A DNA stretch of 64,000 nt from Lama guanicoe (taxonomy: Eukaryota), in contig MU056050.1 in NCBI GenBank assembly GCA_013239625.1, forward strand, positions 5,651,366 to 5,715,365. Direction: 5' to 3'. The translations under genes and the position numbers were made by a program. Each line of letters opens with the position of its first letter. Within the stretch, counting starts at the first letter, position 1. The notes beneath the pieces were generated by a model. It searched no databases. It saw only the letters and a program-made list of their open reading frames with translations, and was not told the DNA's origin. Of the stretch, positions 12,804-25,700 are shown piece by piece.

Positions 12804-15064
12804 CAATCTAGACTCTTGAAAAGGTCTTCTAGTCAAGATTTTAATGTGGTTCTACTAACATAAGGTCAGACTCCAGAAACTGAGCAGAGTAAAATATATA
12901 TCCAGACACCTAGCCAGATGTTTATGTTGCTTCTGTGTATTCTGCTGTATGGCAAACACAGCCTATGTCTGGATTCATCCTTATCCATAGGAGAGCAAGC
13001 AGTCACCTCTGGGGGGGGTGAGTTGATGGGTACTAGAAAGATATCTCAACCTCAAGTTTCTTTCCTACTAGCTTTATCACAACTACAAGAAAGCTTACTT
13101 TATTCACTTCCATGAGTGAAGGACAGTGAGAATGTAGTTTTCAGAAATTTATTACACTGGTGATAACACGTCATCAACAAACTTAGCCCAAATACATTCA
13201 GGATGAAGCAGGCCTTAGAGCGATGAGTTGCACAGGCAGATGAGAAAAGGGCCACAGTACATCCAAGTGAAATACCATTGGATGTTCAGGAAGGGATGAG
13301 GGAGAGGGCACCAAGGGAAAGAGAAACACAGCACTCAAGGCACACCTGATCTCCTTAATCAAGCTGCCTGCCACAGGCTCTGCCTGGGTCCTACACTCAC
13401 TCAGCCCTTAGACCGTTCACCCCAACTTACACAACGGTGAAGGAAGCAAATCAATCCACGCCGAGTGACATTATGGCTGATGACAGGAAGTGATAGTAAG
13501 GCTGGAAAAATCAGTGCCTTTATTCCTACCCAGAGAAAAGAGTGGTTTTGCTTCCACTCATCACTGGCTGTGCACTCTTCATCTTTATTAAATACCTCTT
13601 TTTTATCTTCTAAGGAAATGGTAATGCATTTCACCATTGAGACATTCCAACATGGCACTACAAGGAGGCTTCATAAAAGAAATATAATGCCAAGGTCCAT
13701 AGCACTTTTTCCACTATGCTTGCAACAGGTGCAATGCTTACTGGGCTCAAATCGTTAAGGGCTCCATTGTCAGAGAGAAATGTTAAACTGAGGATTTATT
13801 CAAATACTTCAAGCCAAAATAGGCCTTCACCTGAAAGGTCTAGGAAATAGAAGCAATTGAAATGTATTGACTTGGAGAGTCCAGATAATGAACTCGGTTC
13901 ATCTCTTTCATTTTTCTAGTGTAGACCTGGTCTGATTAATCCACTAGCCGTAAAATCACAAATTATCCAGATTAAGTCTATAACCTTTGAATAAGCTTTT
14001 GTAGTACTGGTATCAAAATGCATCATGGCACACAGGCCAGCATGATTTAAGTGGATATATTCTTGACACCAGTGTCTAAATATTCCACAAGTGCCAACCT
14101 AAATGTTTTACTGGCAAAGGCAATTTTATTGTTATAGATTGGTCCAATTGAATGACTTTTGCCTTAAGAAAGACTTGAGATGGTGTGTCTTGTAATTCAA
14201 AGCAGACTTAGAAGAGAGGCAAATGCATCTTAATAATGGCAGACTCCTTTTTCCTTCTTTTAAGAGCCAGGAAAAACCTGTGCTGCTAGGAAAACTATCA
14301 TTTGCAGGTATGGTAGATTAACTAGCCTCTAAAGCTTAATTCCCAGGGCATGTAGGAAGGAAATAATCCCCAGTTCTCCCTGTTAGGAAGACTGAACCGG
14401 AGTCTGAGAGATACGACTGGACTAAAGGCAGAACCTCCCATCCCCTGAAGCAAAAAAACCCCCACACTGATCATTTGACTGAAGCCTGAAAGTTTAAGGG
14501 TGGCAAAATACAGTAAGGAACAGTAGGGCAAAACATTGTCACCCTGTGAAGAATGCAGGGTTTTTTAGGGAGCGGGGCAGGATACAAATCTAAGGGATGA
14601 GAACGAAGGGACTATGTGGATGGAAGGGGATGTGACTACAGAGATCCTCCTCTTCAGAGACCCAAACCTGGATAGAACTACCCTTACTTGGCACAAGAAA
14701 CTACTAAGTTAGAGCTCCAACCTCTGTTCCTCGAAACTAAGCTATTGTTCTAAGATCTATCTGATACTTTATAAAGAACCTGTGACTATACATTTTATAG
14801 GCCAACACATTTGGTCTGGGGGAGACTGGTGGAGCAAGAAGTACTCAGGGAAGAATGTAAACACTGAGCAATAATCTTGCAGGAGCTCCACAGAGAGGGC
14901 TGAGGGAGCATCAAACTGCATATAGATCACTGAGTACAGTCATCCATGGCCATTAACATCTGTGGATAGGTCCATGGGCCAGCGGTGGCAGAGAAGCATC
15001 CCCCATCCCTACACACACACAGGGCTTCAGGTTTCTCATCTTTAACATGAAGACCCAAAGGTGG

Positions 15065-15263
15065 TGATAATAATAATAATAAGAGATAACATTTATTGCG
15101 CCCTTATGTGAAAGCATCATTTGTATTGATTATTTTATAAGCATTAATTATTCTCCTTCTGGCAACAATTTTATGACCATGCACGATTTGTGATCTGTCC
15201 TGTAGAGATGAGAGAATAAATGATTTACACAAATGCCACCTGGGTAAAAACTATTGGAGCTGA
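15065..15263 (-). mobile_element. MIR interrupted by L1; resumes near 17288-17330
   Basis: 'ataacatttattg...tgtagagatgag'; continues after the L1 as 'ggagctgagattcaaagacaga'. Confidence 0.65.
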
Positions 15264-17287
15264 ACAACACAAAAACTATTAGAGCTAATAAAAGAATTCA
15301 GCAAGGTAGCAGAATACAAGATTAACACATAGAAATCAGTGGCATTTCTTTACACAAACAATGAAATATCAGAAAAGGAAAGAAAAGAAACAACCCCTTT
15401 TAAAACTACATCCAAAAAATAAACTAAAATACTTAGGAATAAATCTGGCCAGGGAAGTGAAAGACTTATATGCAGAGAGCTACAAAACACTTACTAAGGA
15501 AATTAAAGATGAGCTAAAGAAATGGAAAGATATCTCATGTTCTTGGATTGGAAGAAATAACATTGTTAAAATGGCCACACTATCCAAAGCTATCTACAGA
15601 TTAATGTGATCCCTATCAAATTAACCAGGACACTTTTCACAGAACTAAAACAAATAATCCTAAAATTTATATAGAATCACCAAAGACACAGAACTGCTAA
15701 AGCATTACTGAAGAAAAAGAATGAAGCTGGAGGAATAACCCTCCCAGGCTGCAGATAATACTACAGAGCTACAGTAATGAAAACAGCATGGTATTGGGAC
15801 AAAACAGACATATGGATCAATGCAACAGAATACAGAGCCCAGAAATAAACCCACAAACTTTTGGTCAATTAATCATTGATGAAGGAGGCAAGAACATACA
15901 ATGGAGCAAAGACAGCCTCTTCAGCAAATGGTGTTGGGAAAACTGGACAGCAGCATGTAAATCAGTGAAGTTAGAATACCCCTTCACGCCATACACAAAA
16001 ATAAACTCAGAATGGCTTAAGGACTTAAAAATGAGACAAGACACGATAAATCTCCTAGAACAAAACATACACAAAACATAATCACACATATGTGTCTGCA
16101 ATATTCTCCTAGAGCAGTCTATCCAAGCAATAGAAGAAAAAGCAAAAATAAAACAAATGGGACCTAATTAAACTTACAGGCTTTTGCACAGCAAAGGAAA
16201 CCATAAGTAAAATAAAACGACAACGTACGGATAGAGAGAAAATATTTGCAAACAATGAGACTGACAAGGGCTTAATCTCCAAAATATATAAACAGCTCAT
16301 ACAACTTAAAAAAACAAACAACCCAATCGAAAAGAGGACATAAGACCTAAATAAGCAATTCTTCAAAGAGGACATACAAATGGCCAATAGGCACATGAAA
16401 AAATGCTCAATATCACTAATTATCAGAGAAATCCAAATCAAATCTATGATGCGGTGTCACCTCACACCACTCAGAATGGGCATCATTCAAAAATCCACAA
16501 ACAATGTATGTTGGAGAGGCTGTGGAGAAAAGGGAACCCTTCTACACTGTTGGTAGAAATGTAGTTTGGTGTAGCCGTTATGGAAAACAGTATGGAGATT
16601 CCTCAAAAGACTGAAAATAGACTTACCATATTATCCAGCAATCCCATTCCTGGGCATATATGCAGAGGAAATCTTAATTCAAAAAGGTACAGGCACCCAA
16701 ATGTTCACAGCAGCACTATTTACAATAGCCAAGACATGGAAACAACCTAAATGTCCATGAACAGGTGACTGGATAAAGAAGCTGTGGTATATTTATACAA
16801 TGGAATACTACTCAGCCACAAAAAAGAATAAAATAATGCCATTTGCAGCAACATGGATGGACCTGGAGATCATCATTCAAAGTGAAGTAAGCCAGAAAGA
16901 GAAAGAAAAATACCACATGATAGCACTCATATGTGTAATCTAAAAAAAAAAAAAGACAAATTTATTCACAAAACAGAAACAGACTCACAGACACAGAAAA
17001 CAAACTTATGCTTAGCGGGGGGGAGAAAGGGAGTGGGAAGGGATAAACTGGGAGTTTGAAATTGCAGTTACTAACTAATATATATATATGTATATATAAA
17101 ATAGATAAGCATCAAGCTTCTACTGCATAGAAAATGATATTCAATATCTGGTAGTAATTCATGGTGAAAAAGAATATGAAAACAAATATATGTATATTCT
17201 TATATGACTGAAGCATGCTGCTGTACATCAGAAATGGACACATTGTAAACTGACTATTCTTCAATAAAAAATATATATAAAATTTTT
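15264..17287 (+). mobile_element. 5'-truncated LINE-1 of intermediate age with 17-bp TSD
   Basis: ORF2 fragments ('[16 protein letters not shown]...[10 protein letters not shown]', '[12 protein letters not shown]'), 3'UTR and A-rich tail; TSD aaaa(c/g)tattggagctga at 15247-15263 and 17288-17304. Confidence 0.97.
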
Positions 17288-17689
17288 AAAAGTATTGGAG
17301 CTGAGATTCAAAGACAGATGTTTAAAATGCCAAAGGATATGGGTGTTATACACTGATATGATGCTTGCTGCTTCATCAAGGTCTAAGAATGATGCTTCCC
17401 TACTTCCTCACCCTACTCTTCTTCTAGACCTTCTCTTCTGCTAAACTTGCTCTTCAAACTCGCCATTATGTATGATCTGATGCCAACTCATTCTTCTAAC
17501 TGTCATGTCAAGGCTTCTTTCTCCAAAGCCACACATGTTACATTTGGCAGAGCCAGGCCTTAAAGCTCAGCATTCTGACTCCTAGGCCAGAAATACTTAG
17601 TCTATCTACTATACTTTCTGAGCAGGTAAAATCCCAGAGTTTCCTTTTGATCAGCCATAACATAACTTATGTAATCATAGAAGGAATAA

Positions 17690-17922
17690 TAGGGAACACT
17701 TGTAGAGATCTTATTGTTAAGTCTGGAACTATTCTAACTACTTTACAAGTATTAACTCCCTTAATTGCCACTAAAATCTTATAAGGTAGATACTGCTATA
17801 CCCAATTTTACTGATGTGGAAACTAAGGCGCACACAGGTTAAGTACATTCACACAGCTTACAATAGAGTTAAGATTTGAACTAAGGCAGGCGAATTTCAC
17901 CATTCTCTGGTCCTAACCACTG
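17690..17922 (-). mobile_element. MIR SINE
   Basis: 'cccaattttactgatgtggaaactaaggcgcacacaggttaagt...gatttgaactaaggcag'. Confidence 0.85.
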
Positions 17923-19419
17923 AACTACCTCATAAACAAAATATCAAATTAAAGATGTCTATGTTTTGACTTTCATATCTGTTTTACATAGCTCCGCCTC
18001 CCAGAAATATACAGATTCACTGAGAAGAAACACACTACATTACTATTAGAGGGTTCAGATTTTATACTGGGGAATAAGAGAACAAACGAAAAGCACTAAC
18101 TCCTTTATATAAAGTGAAGACGAACTTCTAATCCTGCCACTCCATATTGGGGCTTGACGTCTCTTTCCCAGGGGACATCTGCGTACTATCAGATACTCAC
18201 AAGCTGTGCAATAGAATCACAAAATTGACTGTGACTGTGCCCTGGGGACAGTTCCAACCCTTAGAGTGCACACTGACAAGAATAGACAATCTCCCACTAC
18301 AGAACTGAGCTGTTTTAAGAATCTACACGACCCAGGGGGGTGTCTTCAAGTCTTCACAAGGAAGCTGGATTTGGGATGAAAGAGGATGAAGAAGAGGGAT
18401 CAAATGAGTGAGAAGTTAGGATTAAATATCCAAATCCCTGCACCATCCAGATCAAGCTTATTCCTCTACACACCACACAAATGAACACACACACACGGAC
18501 ATACAAACATCCTGAAAATCACAATTTAGAAGGAGAGGATCTTAAACAACAAACTCAATTATATTAGCCATTACTCCAATTTCCTTTTCACTTTAAATTA
18601 GTTTTACCTCCAAAACTCCCATAGTCTGTGTTCTTATAATAGCAGGACACTGACCTGCTATAACAGGACCTGACAGTACTCCTGGGAGACCCAAAGACCT
18701 TCAGGCAACAGACAAGTTATTTGAAACACTGTTTACCACAGATAATTTATGTGACTTTGGACAAGTCATTTAATCTCCATAAATTTAATTGTATTCTTCT
18801 GAAAAAGGCAGGGGGCAACTGACTCCATGATACATGTATCAAATGGTTAAATAAGTGCTTGACACATAGTGGGTTCTCAATATTTATTAAATGAACAAGC
18901 AAATGAATGAACAAACTAGTTCTAAAAGATAGTTTTAATCACAGAAAAAAATACCTTGATCTCAATTTTTTTTCCTGTGTACCCACAAAAGACTTTGATC
19001 TTATCTCCTAACAAGGTAATTCCATATAAAGTCAGGCCTTCCATGAGCAGAGAATTGAGCCGATTACCCAAGATCCACAATAATACAGTTTTAGCTCTCT
19101 ACAGTGTTTTCTCAAAAGAAGAGCCTACATACCCTGATCTTGTGACATACGGATTGGAAAAGATACCCACCATCTTGTAGTCTCTGATTAGCTGATTCAC
19201 ACCCCTTGTTTTTTCTGCTTCTATTATGACAATGCTGCCACCTTTTGAAATAAGACGCTCATCAGATTAACTAGAAAACACCTATAAGTCATTGAACTCT
19301 TCCCACTTTTACTTTGAGACAAGATCTCGCAGTTTTGGTTTCATTTTATGGGAAGGGGTATAAAGCATGAGAAGTGAGAAGAGATGGAAAGATTATAATA
19401 AAAACTCATTTCTGTAATC

Positions 19420-19671
19420 CAAGGGTTTGCAACCAGTGACCCATGGACCAAATTTGGACTGCAATCTGTGTATGCTATGCAAGCTAAGAATGTTTTTTTT
19501 ATATTATCACATGGTTAACAATTCTTTTAGAGGCTATTTCATAACATGCAAAAATTACATGTACTTTCATGCTGTAATGTCAGAGTTCAGTAGTTGTGCC
19601 AGAGACCAAATGGCTCACAAAGCCTAGAACACATTATCTGGACCTTTACAGAAAAAGTTTGTGGACCCCTG
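19420..19671 (+). mobile_element. MER58-type hAT MITE
   Basis: Termini 'caagggtttgcaacc' and 'aaagtttgtggacccctg'; internal 'aagctaagaatg', 'cagagttcagtagttgtgccagagacc', 'tatctggacctttacagaaaaag'. Confidence 0.85.
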
Positions 19672-20914
19672 ATCTATTCTCTACAGAGGACATTTTCAGA
19701 AGTAATAGTTTGGAGGTCCATTACTGACAGGAGTCTGTGAATTTGTCTTCCGCAGACCAGAAGTCTTCTATCAAAAGTGATGTTGTGTCTGCGATTTCTG
19801 AGTTGAAGAACAAGATCAAGCATGATAAATAATGTATGAGGATGCTGTCTCCCAATATGAAGGAGTAGGGAGTGGGCTTTTTTTGTTTGTTTGTTTAACT
19901 TTCTTCTACTAGCAGCAGAGCCTAGACCATTTCACATTTGACTCACAAACACGTATTACCAGTTTCAGAGGGGATCGCTACCCTAGAACTTCTTTGAAGA
20001 ACTCTTCATCTATGGTGCCCTGAAGCATCCAAGCTCTGTGCCTACATAATTCCTATCTGGCCTCAACATCAGTGACTAAAGCTGATATCCACAGGAAATC
20101 ACATCTCTCTAAAAAGGTAAAAATAAGCCAAGGTTTATAAACACTAGGGTTTCTGACAGTGGGGAATTATAGCAAATGCAAAAATTTCTCCCTCTTTGAG
20201 GAGATGCATGCCCCAAAACTTGCCTGCAAGGCACAATTCTATATAAAGGATTTAATATTTTTTCATTGATTTTCATTGTAAAATTGATTATGAGTTTCTT
20301 TGGAAAACAAGTTGTTTCCAGGCACAATTAAATTGCTATTTTAAAAAGCAACACGTTTTTTAATGACAATATTAGAAGGGAATAATCTTTGTTTCTAATA
20401 AACTTTTAATAATGAAATTTGCACAAAATGCCTGATACAAATAAACATACAACAAGCAGGTTGTTCACAGTTTGGTTTCAATGGCTTCAAGCAAAAGCAA
20501 TAATGATTAAGCAAAAAGAACAAGTTGACCAAAAATTTCCTCAGCTTCGAGAATATCTTCTAAACATTTACAGCAAAATACATAGTACCTCCTTTTTACC
20601 AGAGAAAGGCTTGTTAGAAGCTTCGAGAATTTAAGACTGGCCAAGGTAATACACATTGAAGGAAAGACCAGACATTAAATTTGCTACAGAAGCAATGATT
20701 TCCAATAATGACTTCAAGGATGCAATGGTGCTAAATGAAATAACTGTAAAGATACTTATAAAACACACAAAAGAAAGACTTCAAATAAATTTTAGGTCCC
20801 CGATGTAGAGAATTTGTAAAAGCATAAACTTTGGCATGTTGCCTTTCAATATAAAATTGTATCCCTTTATATCTCAAGGAAATTATGTATGAAAAGCACT
20901 TGTTTAGGAAATAG

Positions 20915-21143
20915 TCTAGAACAGGGTTAAGAATGTAAAGCCAGACGGCCTGGTTTTACATCCCAGCTCCTTCACTTGCAATCTGTATGACCTAGGGCAA
21001 TCTACAAAATTTATTTGTGCTTAAATTTCCTCATCTGTAAAATGGTGACTACAATAATTAGACTACCAAGCAGGGAAATTCTAAGGATTAAATACAAAAC
21101 ATACAACAGCACTGAGCACATCACAGGCATTCTGTAAATGCTG
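20915..21143 (+). mobile_element. MIR SINE
   Basis: 'tcccagctccttcacttg...tgtatgacctagggcaa...tttcctcatctgtaaaatgg'. Confidence 0.88.
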
Positions 21144-22619
21144 TCTCCTCCACCTCCTCCTCTTCTACCTTGTCTTCCTGCTCCTACTTCTACCACAATT
21201 CCTCCTCCTCATCATCCATATAAAATTCCTGGAAGACTGTGTCTTAGTATGGAGTCTTGTGGGTACTTTCCCCAAGTACCTAGGTATACATTTGTCATAT
21301 GGTATACCCTGGTCTGGATTTGCTATAAAACCCCTGTTGCTCCACAACACACCTGAACTCCAAGGGATATATTTCTTACATGATGCTTACTCCATCTCTT
21401 ACTTACAGAAGTAGTTTGGAAATCACTGGAGTTGTATAGTTCTGATTTCAAAAGTCCCCCTGTCTCAAACCCCAAATTCACAGCTCTCAACAGGGCTTCT
21501 GAAAAAATCCCACAGAGGACTGTTATAACAGCTGGGTAGCCAGGTAAGTTTCAGGAGCTTGCATACGTGTCCCCTAAGTCATGGTCACCAGTCAACATAG
21601 CATCCTGTTACTACTAAAGATCCTGCAATAACCAATTTTCTCACTATATTACATGTTAATCCTCTGATGAAGTTTCATTTTCTCACAAATGAGATATAAT
21701 CTTGTATATAATTGTTTAAAATGAACACAGTTGCCGATTTTCTTAAAAGAGATTTGTAGTTGATTTCATTCTTCTACCAGGTGCCATAAACTATACTGAT
21801 TGCTGAGGGGAGAGCAGGGAAGGAATGAAATATAATCTGCAATTATGCTATTGTTTCATTTTCACTTATTCATTCAGGAAGTATTTATTCACTTCTTCCA
21901 GGTACACACTGGAGATACAAGTGCCCCAAATAAACAACATGTAGAAGCCAAACAAATCATTAGCCCTGTCATCTGGGATATTACCATTTACTACTTAACA
22001 TTTTTTTCCTGAATGGTAAAACGAATGCCTTTAACCAATCACTTATTGTGATTACAATGCAGTAACAACGTAACACATTAGCAATGAAACTGGATTTAGA
22101 ACACCGCCCTTTTATTGCCAAATTCCAAGCACTCCTGGCTCAGACTAAATCCAAATTCAAAATTCAGCATCTCATTTCTAATATCTGACATTAACATTCT
22201 ATCAAATCCATTTTTTAGCCAAACCCATTTTTAACATGCAATCATTTAAGATAGTGTATCTCAAGCACAAAATTAATTGAGTCTATTAAATTGTTTTTTT
22301 AATTTACACTAGACCACAAGGGAATTTTTCCTCTGTTCTATTATTAATGATGCACATTTTAGATCACATCCTCTTTTAAAAATGAGTAATTATGTTATTA
22401 CACCGTGTTTTCCTTTGTTTCTCAACAGTTACAGTGTGTTTTGACACTCAGAAACTCATGAATTCAAGTAATTGTATGAGATAAAAAATATTTAAAACTT
22501 GAAGCTGAGAGGAATAAATAGCTGAACACTGTATTGTAAATTGTAGATTACACAGTCAATAGTTTTGAAGCTGAATTTTAGTAGTACCTTTCAAATAGTC
22601 TCCTCGTGTTCACATCTCT

Positions 22620-22757
22620 TTTACAGCCCAATCTATTACACACACCACTACAAGATTATTCACTGAAATCCCTAAAATGCCACTTCTGTCTCCTCACCTC
22701 AAGAGATGCAGGTGGCTTCCCGCTGCCTAAAAAGGCCAAATACAAACTCCTGGGTTA
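22620..22757 (+). mobile_element. LINE-2 fragment interrupted by the old L1; resumes near 37260-37300
   Basis: 'gtggcttcccgctgcctaaaaaggccaaatacaaactcct' on the left and 'ggaattcagactcttctatgat' on the right follow the L2 ORF2 3' consensus as recalled. Confidence 0.55.
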
Positions 22758-22759
22758 AG

Positions 22760-25700
22760 GGACTGGGGAGAAATCAAGATGGTGGAGCAGGAGGAGGCTG
22801 AGTTCACCTCCCCCTGGGAACATATCCAAAATACAGCAATTCACACTGAAAACAACCTGGATACTGGAAGAAGACTCTTGTACAACCAGGGCTGTGAAGA
22901 AAGACCCACACAAAGTTAAGCAGAAAAGGGAGAGAACTGATCAGGTTGCGAAGTGGGCTCCCAGGAAGAGACACAAGGAGGAGGGAGATGACGGGGTCTG
23001 GGAGACCCACCCTGGGGAGTGAACAGTGCGAACCACATAATGGGCACTCCAGCCCTGGGACTGGACAATGGGAAGATGACTTCCTTTTCCCGGTAGGAAG
23101 ACCAGTGTGACTAGTGTGAGAAACCTAGTCTCCACTGGTGAAGAGCACACACACACTTGCTTGTTACCAAAAGGAGTTGGCAGAAGCAGATTGGAACTGC
23201 CCGGATCTCTGGCTTGTTTACCACAACCACCCCAGCCCCTGCCCTAAGCTGTACCCCTCCTCCAGCACCTCTGGCTCTGGGGCAGCCCCACACGAGGGTG
23301 AGTGCTGTTCCTGATGAGGAGTGGGTGCCAGCTGTGGGCGTGGAGCTGGCTCAGACCCGGCACATCTAAACGAGGGAGTACAGCCATTACGGGTGCCGGT
23401 GGTGGCATCACATTGGCAGCAGTCTGGAACTGTGACTGATGTGCACAGTGCACCCCAGCACATCCCTGGCCCATGCCAAGTGCTGGCTCTGGCACCTCTT
23501 ACTCCATGGTGCAGATCAACACTAAGGTAAAGGAGACTATTGCCAAGAAGAGGGCACAGCGGTGATGGACACAGCTGGCTCTGACCCGGCACTACATCTG
23601 AACGGTGCACGGGCAGCCGTCACCAGTGCTGGCAGAAGCAGCACTTTGGAACTCTGACTGGCGTGCCAAAATGGTCTGAGAATGATCAGGAATGTGCCCC
23701 AACCCATGACAATTGCCTGCTCTGGCCCCTCTTGCTCCACGGTGAAGCTCCCTCCTAGGGTAAAGAGTGCCATTACCAAGGAAGGTACGCAGCTGTGTGG
23801 TGCTGGAGCCAACCTGGACATGGCATAACATCTGAAAATACTGGGTTGACTACTGCTGGTCCCTTGTTGAGATGGCAGATCAGAAGTAGTCTGGAACTCA
23901 ACCTGGCACGTAGGGACATCCAATCATGTGTCCTGGCCCGCAAAGGGCTCCCACTCTGGTACCTCTTGTTCTGCTCCCCTCTGAGGCAAAGGTGCCAATG
24001 CTGGTGGGGAGAGTACACACTTAAAAGGAATGGAATCAACTTGGACCTAATCCTCAGGGCTTCTGCTCCAACACCATGAGATTAGACCCTGTACCCACTA
24101 GACCAATGTCAGGCACTGAGCAGAGGAAAATCCCCAGCTCACACCTTCTCTAGCATCTCCACCTCCAGCCCCACTTTCCACCAAGGTGATGGCTGATAGC
24201 ACACTCCTGGGAAGACGTGACTATGTTCACTTCACATCCAGCTCACTCATAAAAGCAACTGGGGACACACAGACTGCACAGGGATGCTCTCACACAAGGA
24301 CACCGTTTCAAGATCGAGATAGGTAACTGTTTCACCTAATTTCATACCAACAGAGAAAGTTAAACAAAATGAAAATACAGAGGACTTTGTTTCAAATATA
24401 ACAAGAAAAAATGGAAAAAACAACTAATGAAACACATAAGTAATTTACCAGATGAAGTATTCAAAGTAACACGAATGCTAACAGAACTTGGGGAAAGAAC
24501 AGATGAGCTCAGAATTTTAACAGGGATCCAAGAAATGTAAAAACAGAACCATTCAGAACTGAAGAATACAATAATATAAATGAAAAATACACTAGAAGTA
24601 ACTAACAGAAGATTAGGTAATACAAAAGAATGCAAAAGTGACCTCAAAGATAGAATAATGGAAGCCACCCAATCAGAACATCAAAAATGAATGAATGAGG
24701 ATAATTTAAGGGACATCTGCAACAAAATCAAGGGCACTAACATTCACATTATATAGTCCCACAAGAAGAGAGACAGAAAGGGGTTACAAAGGTATTTGAT
24801 GTAATTAAAGCTGAAAACTTCCTAAAGAAGAAAACATACTTCCAGGTGTATGAAGCACAGAGAGTTACAAACAAGACGAAGCCAAAGAGACCAACATTAA
24901 GACATGTAATTAATGTGAAAAAAGTTAAAGAGAGGATTCGAAGGGCAGCAAGACAAAAACAGAGTCACATACAAGGGAATGCCTATAAAGCAATCAGCTC
25001 ATTTTTCTTCAAAAACTTTGCAGGCCATAAAGAAGAGTGATAGTAGCCTTAAATCACTGCAAGGGAAAAACATGCACTCTAGGCAACTTTACCAAGAAAG
25101 ATTATCATTCATTATCTGAATTGAAGGAGAGAGAAAGAACTTCTCAGATTACTAAAAACTAAGAGTTCACCAAAAGTAAACCAACCCTAAAAGTAATATT
25201 AAAGAGTCTTCTCTCAGTAAAAAAGAAAAGGCTACAACAATAAGAATTCATAGGAAAGGAAAAATCCCACTAGTAAAGGGAAATATATAGTAAAGACTGT
25301 GAATCAACCACTAACATAAGCTACTATGAAGATGAAAGGACAAAAAATTGTAAAATCACCTATAACTACAATAAACAGTGAAGGTATAAACATGAAGATG
25401 TAAAATATGATGAAACGTGGGGAAGGGGAGTAAAAAATTTCAAAATTTTAGAATGTGTTTGGAGTTAAATAAATTCCAGTTTAAAACAAGAAGATATAGT
25501 TATAGTTCAACATATATGAATCCCATGGTGACCACAAATCAAAAAACCTATAATAGATACACAAAAACCAGAGATAAAGGACCACAAGCATTTCACTAAA
25601 GAAAAATATCCAACTACAAGGGAAGAAAGTAAAAGAAGAAAAGAACAGAGAAAAATTATAAAAACAACCAGAAAACAAGAAAATGGCATTAAGTATATAT

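Noticed and set aside
14330..14790. Possible very old LTR-like segment
   Set aside because: I could not match it to any family with confidence, so it is left unannotated.
21409..21543. Plus-strand exon-like segment (ttacAG ... CAG|GTAAGT, 135 nt)
   Set aside because: All three frames contain stops; at most a non-coding exon, with no supporting evidence.
22804..24079. Overlapping ORFs on both strands
   Set aside because: GC-rich 5'UTR and monomer array of the old L1.
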